Source: Macrostomum hystrix
Taxonomy: Eukaryota; Animalia; Platyhelminthes
Direction of reading: 5' to 3'
Assembly (NCBI GenBank): GCA_950097015.1
Contig: CATNEN010000026.1
Location: 1,612,001 to 1,676,000, forward strand
DNA: 64,000 bases
Shown here: positions 12,031 to 24,999 of the stretch, piece after piece
Layout of the letters: every line of letters begins with the position of its first letter
How positions within the stretch are numbered: position 1 is the first letter of the stretch
Notes under the pieces: model-generated
Databases searched by the model: none
What the model was told of the DNA's origin: nothing
What the model saw: the letters and a program-made list of their open reading frames with translations, nothing else
Position numbers and translations under genes: made by a program

Positions 12031-14421
12031 GTTGGCTACGACCATACCACTTAGTTTAAACTTAATTTGGAAGCAACCAGAAGTCACATGGTGCAAGGTG
12101 AGTATAACGACATCCAGACAAGCGTCTCGGGTCGGCTAGGTAAAATTTATCGACATTGTATTTCCAGACTTTTTATTGTACAAAAAAGTGATTTGTGAAT
12201 ATTTTTTCGACTGCCGTGATGTAATTCACTCGTACTTTTTTTTATCTAGCTGTCATCTCGATTTTTACCCAGAAAACTAATGTACAGTGACACTAATTCA
12301 CAAGAATTTATTTGAACAACGGAATTACACAGCAATCGCCAGTATGATGCTTTAGCCGGAAAACTGCCATTGGAATGAGGATCATGCAGAGTTGGCCGTA
12401 TCTGAGACGAAAGTGACTTTTGTCCGAAGGGAGCTACAAAAGCCTACTAGACACGCAAGTCAACAGACTACACTCCTTCCCTGTTGGCGGGGAAGATAAA
12501 GTTTAATCGGACGATTCCTAAAGCTGGCGCGGCATTTTCCTCCCATATGCAATTAAAGCTCCGAGCCGATCATCAATATGCTGCGTTTATCGCTTCCCTA
12601 GGAGTGCTCAGAAATCCCGGAGACGAGCAGAGTAGAGGGGGGGATAGTGTGCTTCCGGATTGGCAGCGGAGCAGTCGAATCTGTTGCCGCTGTCTGCTCT
12701 ATTCGAAGCTTTTACTCTTTAACTAATGGGAGAACACGGCAATCTCTTGAGAATCCATCCATTAAATTCTGTCCTTCTCTATAACAAGAGGCTTGTAATT
12801 ATTACTATTCTAATGAGACTACACCTACAGGCAGCAATCGCATACCTGGCTGTCCTAATTACAGCTTAAAGTTTGCCAAATCTGCAACCCTAGTATGACC
12901 TCTTTGGTAACTTTAATTATTTAAATATATGTTTTAGTTCTATAAACAAATAAACCAGGAACAAATAAATGATTGACACCTGTAAGGTAACTTTGTCCTC
13001 AAAAGAAGATTTCATTGATAAGACTTATCAATCAAAAGCTAATGTATAGAGAAGCTTTTAGTTTATAGTACAAGGTATTATTTTGTTCAAAACGATTAAG
13101 CAGATTTGTGCTAAAGAAGTAGAAATAATCGTTTAAACTACTGTCAGTAAAGCATTGAGCGTCAGTGAATATTTATTTAACACACAAATAGAATAATAAA
13201 TCTACTGATAGACAGTTGACAACGGGATCTAGGAAAATAAACACAGAATTCTCTATGCTAACGGGTGAACATCGAAGGTGTGAAACCACGGACTTAGATT
13301 AGCCATCCGGTCGAACTGCGTGCGGTCTCGTACAGTCCAAACTAAGGTCCAACTGCATACAAGTCCACCAGGAAAATCCATCCTGCACTTCGACTTTCAC
13401 ACCGGCGCCCAGCTGGTTATCATTGCCATTAGGGCCGACTTGGCCGGGATCCGGCGGATGAGGTCGCTTCTGAGCCCGTGCGCTGATTGGCTGGGGCGAA
13501 TTAGTGGTAGTTGGCGCTAGACCAGCTCTGATTTGCTGGTAAAAATCGGCGGCTGGTGTTTGGCCGGAGCTGATTGGCTGGGAAAAGTCCAGGCCTGACA
13601 TAAGTTCAACGCTGATTGGACAGAGAAATTTATGGTAACTGAAATGATCGACGTGCACAGTAACGCTTTGAAGCTGACGACGAGGTTATCGCGAAACCTT
13701 TCTGCTCTATCGTTTCTGTCTTTGAAAAGAAGAAACCTTTTAAAGAAAAAATATCATTAAAAAAAAACACGCTGCACAAATCTGTGTATTAAAAAGCATC
13801 TAAAATATGAAAATTTTCTTCAGAGCTCTATTTATTAAAAAACTTGATAATTTTTGCTCTAAATCAAATAAATACTTTAGTCGGATTATATGGTGAATTG
13901 AAACTACAAAGATATAAAAATGGACAGAATAGAAAATAAAAGTCTAGATTGCAATTGTTTTTTTGTTTCTGGGAAAAGCAATGCTAAAATATTTATCTGG
14001 ACTATACGGACGCCAATAAAAAATCAAATAGTCAATTGTAGAGTGTAGAATAGCAACGCTGAAATTAAATATATATAATCACGAAGGACTCAAGAGAGGT
14101 TGTTAGCAAAAGATAGCAAATTATAAAAAACACGGTCAAAATTCGATTAAAAAAACGAACCAGACAAGAGAAAAAAACATTAATGGCTTGAGCACACTGA
14201 AACTACTTATACCCTAAACTATGACTAATACGTCATTAATACTATGAATGAAGTATTGCCGATATGTTTAAGCCAGATACATTGAAAATGGGAAATGCCA
14301 TGAAGATGGATTCGCGATTGTAGAGCAAAATGAGAGCACTTATCGGGTTGTGACAATGCGTCGTTAAACAAGGCTTTAAAACTAGGCTTCAGTCTAACTG
14401 ACTTACGAAAAAATTACTGTC

Positions 14422-14804
14422 ATAAATTGATGGATCGATAAATCGATGGATCGATAAATCGATGGATCGATAAATCGATGGATCGATAAATCGATGGATC
14501 GATAAATCGATGGATCGATAAATCGATGGATCGATAAATCGATGGATCGATAAATCGATGGATCGATAAATCGATGGATCGATAAATCGATGGATCGATA
14601 AATCGATGGATCGATAAATCGATGGATCGATAAATCGATGGATCGATAAATCGATGGATCGATAAATCGATGGATCGATAAATCGATGGATCGATAAATC
14701 GATGGATCGATAAATCGATGGATCGATAAATCGATGGATCGATAAATCGATGGATCGATAAATTGATGGATCGATAAATCGATGGATTGATAAATCGATG
14801 GATC
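14422..14804. repeat. 16-bp minisatellite (tggatcgataaatcga)n, two ATCGAT palindromes per unit
   Basis: Direct reading. Confidence 0.97.
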
Positions 14805-14831
14805 AGTGAATGACTAAAATCAATCAACACT

Positions 14832-15972
14832 TCACTTGGCCCCCATAGCAGCCAGCAGATCCTCAGGCGGTGAGACGCCAACGTCAGCCACTGCCCTAGC
14901 AACGCCCGCAGCAGTATCTGTTGCTAACTGCAGATCGGCTGGACGCGGCGTGTGTCTAGCAGCGGAGTCATCTCCTGTTCTCTCGGAATCGTTGATGAGT
15001 AGTTGCAGGCCGCCGCCGCCGCTGCCAGGCAATGGCCGCCTGACCTCGCCGGCAGATGCCGCCGGTGATTGAGCCAGCTGCTCCTTGGCGGCTTTCAACA
15101 GCTCGCGAGTTCGCTTTGCCAACTCGGCCGGCTCCAATGGCCGGCTGGACGCCTCGCCAACAGCAGCAACGTCGATTACCTGTGGCGATAATATGATAGA
15201 CAATCTGAGGATCTGGGATGATAGAGACTACTGCCTGAGGATCTGGGATGATGGAGACTGCAGCCTGAGGATCTGGGATGATGGAGACTGCAGCCTGAGG
15301 ATCTGGGATGATGGAGACTGCAGCCTGAGGATCTGGGATGATAGAGACTACTGCCTGAGGATCTGGGATGATGGAGACTGCAGCCTGAGGATCTGGGATG
15401 ATGGAGACTGCAGCCTGAGGATCTGGGATGATGGAGACTGCAGCCTGAGGATCTGGGATGATGGAGACTGCAGCCTGAGGATCTGGGATGATGGAGACTA
15501 CTGCCTGAGGATCTGGGATGATGGAGACTGCAGCCTGAGGATCTGGGATGATGGAGACTACTGCCTGAGGATCTGGGATGATGGAGACTGCAGCCTGAGG
15601 ATCTGGGATGATGGAGACTAAAAGCTAGTTAGGAAATGGTCTGAAAGTACCTGAATAGCTACACTGTCTAGAATATGTGCTACTGCCGCGTTCAGATCGG
15701 CCTGTTGAGCCGAGACGCCTTCGCGGTCGCCATAGCTACCAAAAACTCCATTGGCACCAGGGGGCCGCTCCCAAGTGCCAGCGCGACTAGTGCGGTATCT
15801 GAATAATTAAAATGTATATATAGAATTGTTAAGCAAACCAATACAACTTAAATAGTTTGTAGTGCGAATAGTGCATTGCATACCCATATGGATCTTCTGA
15901 GATTGGACTATGAAGCAGACGACCAGTTTCGCCTATCTCATCTGGCTCAGTTTTGCAGCAACAGGCGCCCAT
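14832..15972 (-). CDS. LAMTOR1: Ragulator complex protein LAMTOR1 (p18)-like, 194 aa, three coding exons
   Basis: Exons 15972-15884, 15798-15651, 15179-14832 join in frame: MGACCCKTEPDEIGETGRLL...ILDSVAIQVIDVAAVG...LEPAELAKRTRELL...PADLQLA...VGVSPPEDLLAAMGAK*. Gly2 myristoylation site, N-terminal Cys cluster and acidic dileucine ETGRLL. The motifs parallel LAMTOR1 as recalled (ILAKTASNIIDVSA, EELVVQF); no database search was run. An upstream acceptor near 16020 implies a 5' UTR exon. Confidence 0.8.
15205..15620. repeat. 30-bp minisatellite (ctgaggatctgggatgatggagactgcagc) x14 in LAMTOR1 intron 2
   Basis: Direct reading; fills most of intron 15180-15650. Confidence 0.97.
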
Positions 15973-16229
15973 GCTGTGAGGCTAACACAATATTGGTTCA
16001 GGTGACAACTACTTTAAAACTGAAAGTTAAGGAGGAGGTTTTCACAGTAGACAGACCAGTTAATAGATTGTCTTGATAAAGTATTACAATCTTTTAATAT
16101 AATCTAGATATTAAAAAATATTGTTTCTTTTTTATAACAATATACACAAATATACAATTTTATTTTATACACTGGCCTGGCCTGGGCCATGTTTTGCTCA
16201 GTGTGCTGTGCTCCAATCTGAGGCCTTAG

Positions 16230-16490
16230 ACAATGGGCTCAGGGCTTGGCTGTTTCAGGCAGTCATTGAGACTGTCTTGCTGTATAACGCGAAAACTTGG
16301 ACCATGATGGACACCTTGGAGAGGCAGCTGGATGCTGGGCATGTGGTCAAGCTACATGTGGCATTTGGGGGTCTGCAGTCGCCCAGGCAGCAAGACCACA
16401 CTCTATGCAAGGGCATGCCTGATGCAGCCTTCTGACCTGCAGTGCAGGTGTTAACTTTGACTGGATAGCTATATTATCTAGTCATGGGTC
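16230..16490 (+). mobile_element. RTE-like LINE ORF2 remnant, 5' part, interrupted by the LTR element
   Basis: LRAWLFQAVIETVLLYNAKTWTMMDTLERQLDAGH; resumes at 19597. Confidence 0.7.
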
Positions 16491-19400
16491 TGTAGAGGGT
16501 TTTAATAAATGAAGTGTAAAGGCGGTGGTTCTTTTGTTTTTTTATTGTGATCAAGTCAGGCGTTAAAGATTTTCAGCGGTGGCCGTCGTTTATTTATAAC
16601 TATTTACGGCTTTCTGGAAAGTTCTTTACAATTATAACAAATATAATATAACTAATTTTGTACAGCCTAGAGTTGATGCAAACAAAATAAATGCGTATTG
16701 CTTTTAAATAATTTATCTATTTCATATCAATAAATTGGAATACAAACAATTCCTAAAGAAAGTCTAAGAAAATTATAGAAATTTCTACGACGGAAAACTA
16801 TTTTTAGTAAGTACGATACAATAACAATTTTACGATTTGCTACAACAGTCCCCCCGCGGAAGACGGAGTCCCGATGGAAAAGTACAGTATCTATGGTTTG
16901 AAAATATGCGATGAAATGCGGTACTTAGGATAAGTTACTGTCAATTCGAATGGATTCGGCGATGGAGTCTGGTGTGATGGCGATCGATCCACTCGTGTCC
17001 TCGACTGGTGCTCCCGGTTGGCGGATTGTCGGACGTGGGACCAACTGGGTGCTGCCGGATGCAGACAGACGACACCCTGGATGAGGTGCACCGGAGAAAG
17101 GCGGGTTGTCGCTCTGCGGCCGAGGGTACCAGGCGAAGCGCACGAGACGGATGTCGATGTTGATGGTTTCGTGGTGATGATTGCTGGCTAAATGTGGTGA
17201 TGCCGCTTCGCGGTGGATGTGTCGAATGGAACGGCGGCTGGTCCACTCGTGCGTCCTCCTGCGTTGCTCCAGAATGGCGGGATAGCGCTGGTGCGACCTA
17301 CGGAAGTTGCCGAGTTGCAGACAGACGACTCCCTGGACTATGGCGGGGGACGACGGCGGGCAGTCGCTCTGCGGCTGGGCAGCACAGAGGGAGCGCATGA
17401 GATGGGCCGGAAACTGCGGATGTGATGCGACGGTGTGGCCTGGACGATCACCGGTTTGTTGGATGACCTCGTGTTAGGCCGTTGAAATGGTGACTCCCCG
17501 GTGATGTTGGTCGGAACTGCTTCGGTTGGCGGCTCTTGGAGATGCTGGATTGGTGCAGGAAGCTCGGTCGATAGGCCTTTGTTAGCCCGTGTTGGCGTGG
17601 TTGATTGGTCGTCGAAGGAGTCCTGCGTTGCTGTGGAGTTGCTGCGGAATCGGATGATTGCTGAGTGGATTGTGAGGCATTGTTGACGATGGTACATGCG
17701 ATGTGCTGACGGTGATGATGACGGGCGAAAGTTCAGGCGATATTTTTACATGTTGGTTTGTTGTCCTGCCCCTGACGGGGCTTCGGCGCCTTGCCGGACC
17801 AGTTGTAGTGGTTGACGGCGCCTCACCGGACCAGTTGTAGTGGTTGACGGCGCCTCACCAGACCAGTTGTAGAGGGTTTTAATAAATGAAGTGTAAAGGC
17901 GGTGGTTCTTTTGTTTTTTGATTGTGATCAAGTCAGGCGTTAAAGATTTTCACAATGGCCATCGTTTATTTATAACTATTTACGGCTTTCTGGAAAGTTC
18001 TTTACAATTATAACAAATATAATATAACTAATTTTGTACAGCCTAGAGTTGATGCAAACAAAATAAATGCGTATTGCTTTTAAATAATTTATCTATTTCA
18101 TATCAATAAATTGGAATACAAACAATTCCTAAAGAAAGTCTAAGAAAATTATAGAAATTTCTACGACGGAAAACTATTTTTAGTAAGTACGATACAATAA
18201 CAATTTTACGATTTGCTACAACAGTCCCCCCGCGGAAGACGGAGTCCCGATGGAAAAGTACAGTATCTATGGTTTGAAAATATGCGATGAAATGCGGTAC
18301 TTAGGATAAGTTACTGTCAATTCGAATGGATTCGGCGATGGAGTCTGGTGTGATGGCGATCGATCCACTCGTGTCCTCGACTGGTGCTCCCGGTTGGCGG
18401 ATTGTCGGACGTGGGACCAACTGGGTGCTGCCGGATGCAGACAGACGACACCCTGGATGAGGTGCACCGGAGAAAGGCGGGTTGTCGCTCTGCGGCCGAG
18501 GGTACCAGGCGAAGCGCACGAGACGGATGTCGATGTTGATGGTTTCGTGGTGATGATTGCTGGCTAAATGTGGTGATGCCGCTTCGCGGTGGATGTGTCG
18601 AATGGAACGGCGGCTGGTCCACTCGTGCGTCCTCCTGCGTTGCTCCAGAATGGCGGGATAGCGCTGGTGCGACCTACGGAAGTTGCCGAGTTGCAGACAG
18701 ACGACTCCCTGGACTATGGCGGGGGACGACGGCGGGCAGTCGCTCTGCGGCTGGGCAGCACAGAGGGAGCGCATGAGATGGGCCGGAAACTGCGGATGTG
18801 ATGCGACGGTGTGGCCTGGACGATCACCGGTTTGTTGGATGACCTCGTGTTAGGCCGTTGAAATGGTGACTCCCCGGTGATGTTGGTCGGAACTGCTTCG
18901 GTTGGCGGCTCTTGGAGATGCTGGATTGGTGCAGGAAGCTCGGTCGATAGGCCTTTGTTAGCCCGTGTTGGCGTGGTTGATTGGTCGTCGAAGGAGTCCT
19001 GCGTTGCTGTGGAGTTGCTGCGGAATCGGATGATTGCTGAGTGGATTGTGAGGCATTGTTGACGATGGTACATGCGATGTGCTGACGGTGATGATGACGG
19101 GCGAAAGTTCAGGCGATATTTTTACATGTTGGTTTGTTGTCCTGCCCCTGACGGGGCTTCGGCGCCTTGCCGGACCAGTTGTAGTGGTTGACGGCGCCTC
19201 ACCGGACCAGTTGTAGTGGTTGACGGCGCCTCACCAGACCAGTTGTAGAGGGTTTTAATAAATGAAGTGTAAAGGCGGTGGTTCTTTTGTTTTTTGATTG
19301 TGATCAAGTCAGGCGTTAAAGATTTTCACAATGGCCATCGTTTATTTATAACTATTTACGGCTTTCTGGAAAGTTCTTTACAATTATAACAAATATAATA

Positions 19401-19596
19401 TAACTAATTTTGTACAGCCTAGAGTTGATGCAAACAAAATAAATGCGTATTGCTTTTAAATAATTTATCTATTTCATATCAATAAATTGGAATACAAACA
19501 ATTCCTAAAGAAAGTCTAAGAAAATTATAGAAATTTCTACGACGGAAAACTATTTTTAGTAAGTACAATACAATAACAATTTTACGATTTGCTACA
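16491..19596 (-). mobile_element. Non-autonomous LTR retroelement as a tandem dimer LTR-internal-LTR-internal-LTR
   Basis: LTRs 16491-16844, 17868-18220, 19244-19596 with TG...CA ends; 4-bp TSD GGTC at 16487-16490 and 19597-19600; 1376-bp period; PPT-like GCGGGGGGAC next to the LTR on the minus strand; no recognisable gag/pol. Confidence 0.88.
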
Positions 19597-19760
19597 GGTC
19601 CATAGCCCTGAGTTGCTACATAATGTGTTGCTGCTCAAGCTGCAGGGACTGTGCAAGCAAGGCCAAGGGCAAATGGCAAGATTCCCTGACCAGCTTTTGA
19701 GTGATGTTGGCACTCTAGACCAAGCAACTGGATGTGACTTTTTAGGTCTTTGAGATGTGC
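19597..19760 (+). mobile_element. RTE-like LINE remnant, 3' continuation
   Basis: Translates HSPELLHNVLLLKLQGLCKQGQGQMARFPDQLLSDVG, resembling RTE ORF2 C-termini. Confidence 0.5.
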
Positions 19761-20155
19761 TTTTTGACTCTTCCCCAGTTTCTGGCCACTTCTTAAGTTG
19801 GTGGGTATGTGGGAGCAGTCCTGTGTTGTTTGTTGTTGTTATACAATTTCCTTTGATACATTTTACTATAGCCACAATACATTTCACAATCTGTTTATTT
19901 TTATTTGAGCTTTAAAAGTGTACACCAAGATACACTGATATTAAAAAAGCTACAATAGCTACCATGATATGCCAGTGATAGCTGAGCATCTAAAAGGAAT
20001 AACAAAGGAAGAAGAAAACTTTTTTTGTGTTGAAATATGAAATGCTGCTCTTTTAATATTGTATATCTAAACATATTTGTTGCTGAAATTGTATTAATTG
20101 ATGATACAAGTTGAATATTATTTCTAAAAATTAATAACAATGTCAAAAAGTTATA

Positions 20156-20797
20156 GGGTAATGTATCATCAACCAAACAAGAATGTGTATTTTTTTAACT
20201 TCAAACCTAAGCTACAGATTTTCTATTTAAGATATGATGATAAATCAAAAGCCAAGTTATAGAAAACAGTTACATCTTTCTAAAAAGTATCTGCTTTTGC
20301 AATTTTATCAAATAGAAAAAAGTTATTCCTGCTTTTTATCTATAACCGAACAATGATTTTCATGTATCTTCAAACCAAACAGAAAATTTGATGTTTGGTT
20401 TTACAATTTGAGTGAGTGTTTAAATCTTATTTTAAGGAGTGAACTATCATGAATTATGTCATTTGAAAGCATTTTTCATGCTTTATAAATAACTACATTT
20501 TTGGTCATTTCATTGGCAAGCAACCACATACAATCTTCGTCTAAAGTACATACTGAAAAATTGTTGTTAAAAAGTATGCTTTTGCAATAAAAATTTCTAC
20601 TGAAACATCAATATCTTTCTTTCCTCTTAATGCTTCATTGCACATCATGCCTCAGCTTGTAGATAATTTCTTCAACTTTCAAATTAGTTGTTCTGTGAAA
20701 CACAATAGCTTGTTTCTGTCTTGCACGAGACCAAGGAAGAAGTAAAAATTATTGTTCGGTTTTGAAGATACACTGTTCGGTTGATGATACATTACCC
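20156..20797. mobile_element. MITE-like element, 24-bp TIRs, TA target duplication
   Basis: TA|gggtaatgtatcatcaaccaaaca ... tgttcggttgatgatacattaccc|TA (1 mismatch); subterminal tatcttcaaa(a)cc repeats. Confidence 0.7.
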
Positions 20798-23193
20798 TAC
20801 CTGAGATTTTAAGTAGGTCTACATATTTTGCTTGTGTATCATGTGTAATACATCCAAATCAGCTACAAAAATACACTGTATAGCCCAATTTCACCAATAG
20901 GCCTACACCATGGAATATAGCAACTTTTTGTTATAATCATAAAACATTTAAACTCAATTCTAGACCACATGAGGACTATAAATTATGACTTTCTTACTAG
21001 ATAGATAATTAGTTATTGCTTATGCGTTTTCACAAAGGTTACAATCTCACAAACCACAAAACAAAATACATGTATACAGCTTTCTATATGGTATGTACAT
21101 GATTTCACAGCACAATATAGCAGGGTGTTGAGTTGAATGTATATTAACACATGGACGTTTTAATTAAAAAATACAAATACAATACAAACAGATACAAATT
21201 TGTTTTTAAGACGCAAACTTTTTTACTTTAAATTCGTCTCAGATCAATTTATTGTTTTAGTCTTGTAAGAAAACATTTACAAGGGACAGGAAAACCTTTC
21301 TATGATCTGTGACGAATTAAATGCGAAGATTTTGTGTAGCGAACAGAGGTTATTTGAAAACTAAGACGAAGTTTATTTGCTATATTTTCGGTAAATATAG
21401 AAACATGAGCTAAATTGAAATTAGGCCTAGTTGAAACTTGAGCTCGGTCCGGGGCAGAACAATGTCAAAAATGTTTTAAATACAACCATTGTTTCTACGA
21501 ACAGTTATAAAATAACGAAATAAGATTCAAGTCAAGTATAATAGTGCACAATGATAATATCTATAGAATAAATAAAGCAACTAAAATTGACTGTACGCTC
21601 GTATAAGTAAAACGTTTTTATAGTAAGCAGACAAAGTGATATCGTCACGGATATATGTCCGTATATATTTAAAAGTTATATACCTTGCGTTTACCTTGCG
21701 TTTAAGCTGTCGTCACTTTAATTATACTTTACTTTCATTTATTTATTATATAATTATTTATTATTTATTATTAATTTAATAAATTTAATTTAATTAATTA
21801 TAATTATTTATTATAATTATTTATTATATAAGTCTTATCTTAAGCCACATAAGACTTAAAAAGTACTTATTAAAAATATTTAAAAGTTTAAGTAGGTGGT
21901 CCTGGGTGATGCTTCTTTTTACAATTCGAGCAGGATTTAACTACACATGATAATTCTACTATATGATATTTAATGCAACGGCAGACTTGACAATATTGCA
22001 TAAACAAACACACAAGCTTTCACAGAAGTAAAGCAAATAGCAAAATACAGATGGATGGATGCATGTTGTCAATCGATTCTTCGATCAATCAAACTTCCAG
22101 TCTGAGTTGCTTGTACTTATAAATTCTTAAGTTCGGCAACCCTTGAAAGTGCCACAGCAAGCATGTATCTATGTTGCTTCATTTAAGTCGATGATGTCGA
22201 GCCAGATCAATATAATTTCGATCGTATACAAATTCGTTGAGTTTTATAAAAACAAATCCACTAAGGACTTACATTTGATTGGATTTCGAGCATCTTAGAG
22301 CTTATTTGACGAGCAGTGAAGTCTATATTTAGCACAGGGTTAGTTATATGTTTATTGGCACAAATCATGCAAGTTCAGTTTTTACGAAAAAAATATTTCC
22401 TTGCTAAATTAACATAGATGAATCTACATATGTAATGGTAATACGGAAAATATGATCAATGTTAGGATTATTTTAAAAAATTCAGTAGAATTTTCAGATT
22501 TTTTTTCACATTCAATTGAGATGTTGGGGAGATAGGCTTTTTCATGCTAAGCATGGCATTGACGGCAGTAAAGACTGTTAATTTATAACAATTAACGCTA
22601 TGTGATGCTGAGAGTAGCAGAGAGAGATATTAAGAGAGTAGCTCTTGTTGCTGCGTATTAGAAATCAAGACTGAAATATGTGGGCTGAATCAATTGTGCT
22701 AACGATATATACCGCCTTTGTCTGTAAAATTGGATAAAATTGGAAAATCGATTTAGCAAGTAAAATTGAAATTAATTGCAATGTAAGAAAATGCTCGCAT
22801 TGCTCATTTTCGCAGGCCAAATATTGGCTCCTTAAACATTTTCCGAGCTAAAAAAACTTTGACTGTGTATTTCTCTACTTAATCGACGAAATACTGGATC
22901 TCGATCGCTACTGGAGAACTGGAGAAGCCACTGCATTGCGGACTGACAAACACACAAAATGACAATATTGCTGCCCAAAATGACAATAAGACAGTCTGTA
23001 TGACATCAGCCAAATGCATGAATTCGATCGAATAATACATACTATGATCTAATAACAGGTTGAGTCGAATTCTGTCCACTGATTGCACACTCCGCTAGTC
23101 CAGCAGAGTAGAGAAATTATAATGCACGATTCGATCCTAACGATAGGGCTGACCTAGGAAAGTTTGGCATGCTCTGTGGCATTGCCTTAGCTA

Positions 23194-24727
23194 ATTCTGA
23201 GGTATCTTTATTCCTGAGGTGTCTTCATTCCTGAGGTGTCTCCATTCCTGAGGTGTCTTCATTCCTGAGGTGTCTGCATTCCTGAGGTGTCTTCATTCCT
23301 GAGGTGTCTTCATTCCTGAGGTGTCTTCATTCCTGAGGTGTCTTCATTCCTGAGGTGTCTTCATTCCTGAGGTGTCTGCATTCCTGAGGTGTCTCCATTC
23401 CTGAGGTGCCTGCATTCCTGAGGTGTCTTCTTTCCTGAGGTGTCTTCTTTCCTGAGGTGTCTTCATTCCTGAGGTGTCTTCTTTCCTGAGGTGTCTTGAG
23501 GTGTCCTGAGGTGTCTCCATTCCTGAGGAGTCTTCATTCCTGAGGTGTCTTCATTCCTGAGGTGTCTTCATTCCTGAGGTGTCTTCATTCCTGAGGTGTC
23601 TTCATTCCTGAGGTGTCTGCATTCCTGAGGTGTCTCCATTCCTGAGGTGCCTGCATTCCTGAGGTGTCTTCTTTCCTGAGGTGTCTTCTTTCCTGAGGTG
23701 TCTTCATTCCTGAGGTGTCTTCTTTCCTGAGGTGTCTTGAGGTGTCCTGAGGTGTCTCCATTCCTGAGGAGTCTTCATTCCTGAGGTGTCTTCATTCCTG
23801 AGGTGTCTTCATTCCTGAAATGTCTTCATTCCTGAGGTGTCTTCATTCCTGAGGTGTCTTCATTCCTGAGGTGTCTTCAATCCTGAGGTGTCTCCATTCC
23901 TGAGGTGTCTTCATTCCTGAGGTGTCTTCATTCCTGAGGTGTCTTCAATCCTGAGGTGTCTGCATTCCTGAGGTGTCTTCATTCCTGAGGTGTCTCCATT
24001 CCTGAGGTGTCTGCATTCCTGAGGTGTCTTCATTCCTGAGGTGTCTTCATTCCTGAGGTGTCTTCATTCCTGAGGTGTCTTCATTCCTGAGGTGTCTCCA
24101 TTCCTGAGGTGTCTTCATTCCTGAGGTATCTTCATTCCTGAGGTATCTTTATTCCTGAGGTGTCTTCATTCCTGAGGTGTCTTCATTCCTGAAATGTCTT
24201 CATTCCTGAGGTGTCTTCATTCCTGAGGTGTCTTCATTCCTGAGGTGTCTCCATTCCTGAGGTGTCTTCACTCCTGAGGTGTCTTCATTCCTGAGGTGTC
24301 TTCATTCCTGAGGTGTCTTCATTCCTGAGGTGTCTTCATTCCTGAGGTGTCTTCATTCCTGAGGTGTCTTCATTCCTGAGGTGTCTTCATTCCTGAGGTG
24401 TCTTCATTCCTGAGGTGTCTTCATTCCTGAGGTGTCTTCATTCCTGAGGTGTCTTCATTCCTGAGGTGTCTTCATTCCTGAGGTGTCTTCATTCCTGAGG
24501 TGTCTTCTTTCCTGAGGTGTCTTCAATCCTGAGGTGTCTTCATTCCTGAGGTGTCTTCATTCCTGAGGTGTCTTCATTCCTGAGGTGTCTTCAATCCTGA
24601 GGTGTCTGCATTCCTGAGGTGTCTTCATTCCTGAGGTGTCTCCATTCCTGAGGTGTCTGCATTCCTGAGGTGTCTTCATTCCTGAGGTGTCTTCATTCCT
24701 GAGGTGTCTTCCTTCCTGAGTTGTCTT
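23194..24727. repeat. 17-bp minisatellite (ttcattcctgaggtgtc)n, about 90 copies
   Basis: Direct reading. Confidence 0.97.
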
Positions 24728-24999
24728 CCTCTTCCTCATACTGAGCTAGCGAATCCAGATAGTTTGTCCTTTTAGACAATGTTTTGATACCTTTCATGGA
24801 AAATTTTGCATCTATTTTGAGGGCCATTATTTGTGCTTAAAACACAATCAGTGCAAAATAATGAGAAAAAAACTGCTTTAGACAATGCGCAGTCAGTCCT
24901 TGAATGGGCAGGGTTTGCAGGTCAAGAGAGGCGATGAATTGTGTTTAGGATAGAATTAGTCAATGCATCATTTTTTCCTAAATCAATTATTAGGAAAAC

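Noticed and set aside
13480-13620. Cluster of gctgattgg (CCAAT-box) motifs
   Set aside because: No adjacent gene start identified; similar motifs occur inside the DNA element at 25420, so promoter function is unsupported.
22879-23088. Hydrophobic minus-strand ORF resembling a TM segment
   Set aside because: I could not link it in phase to any other exon.
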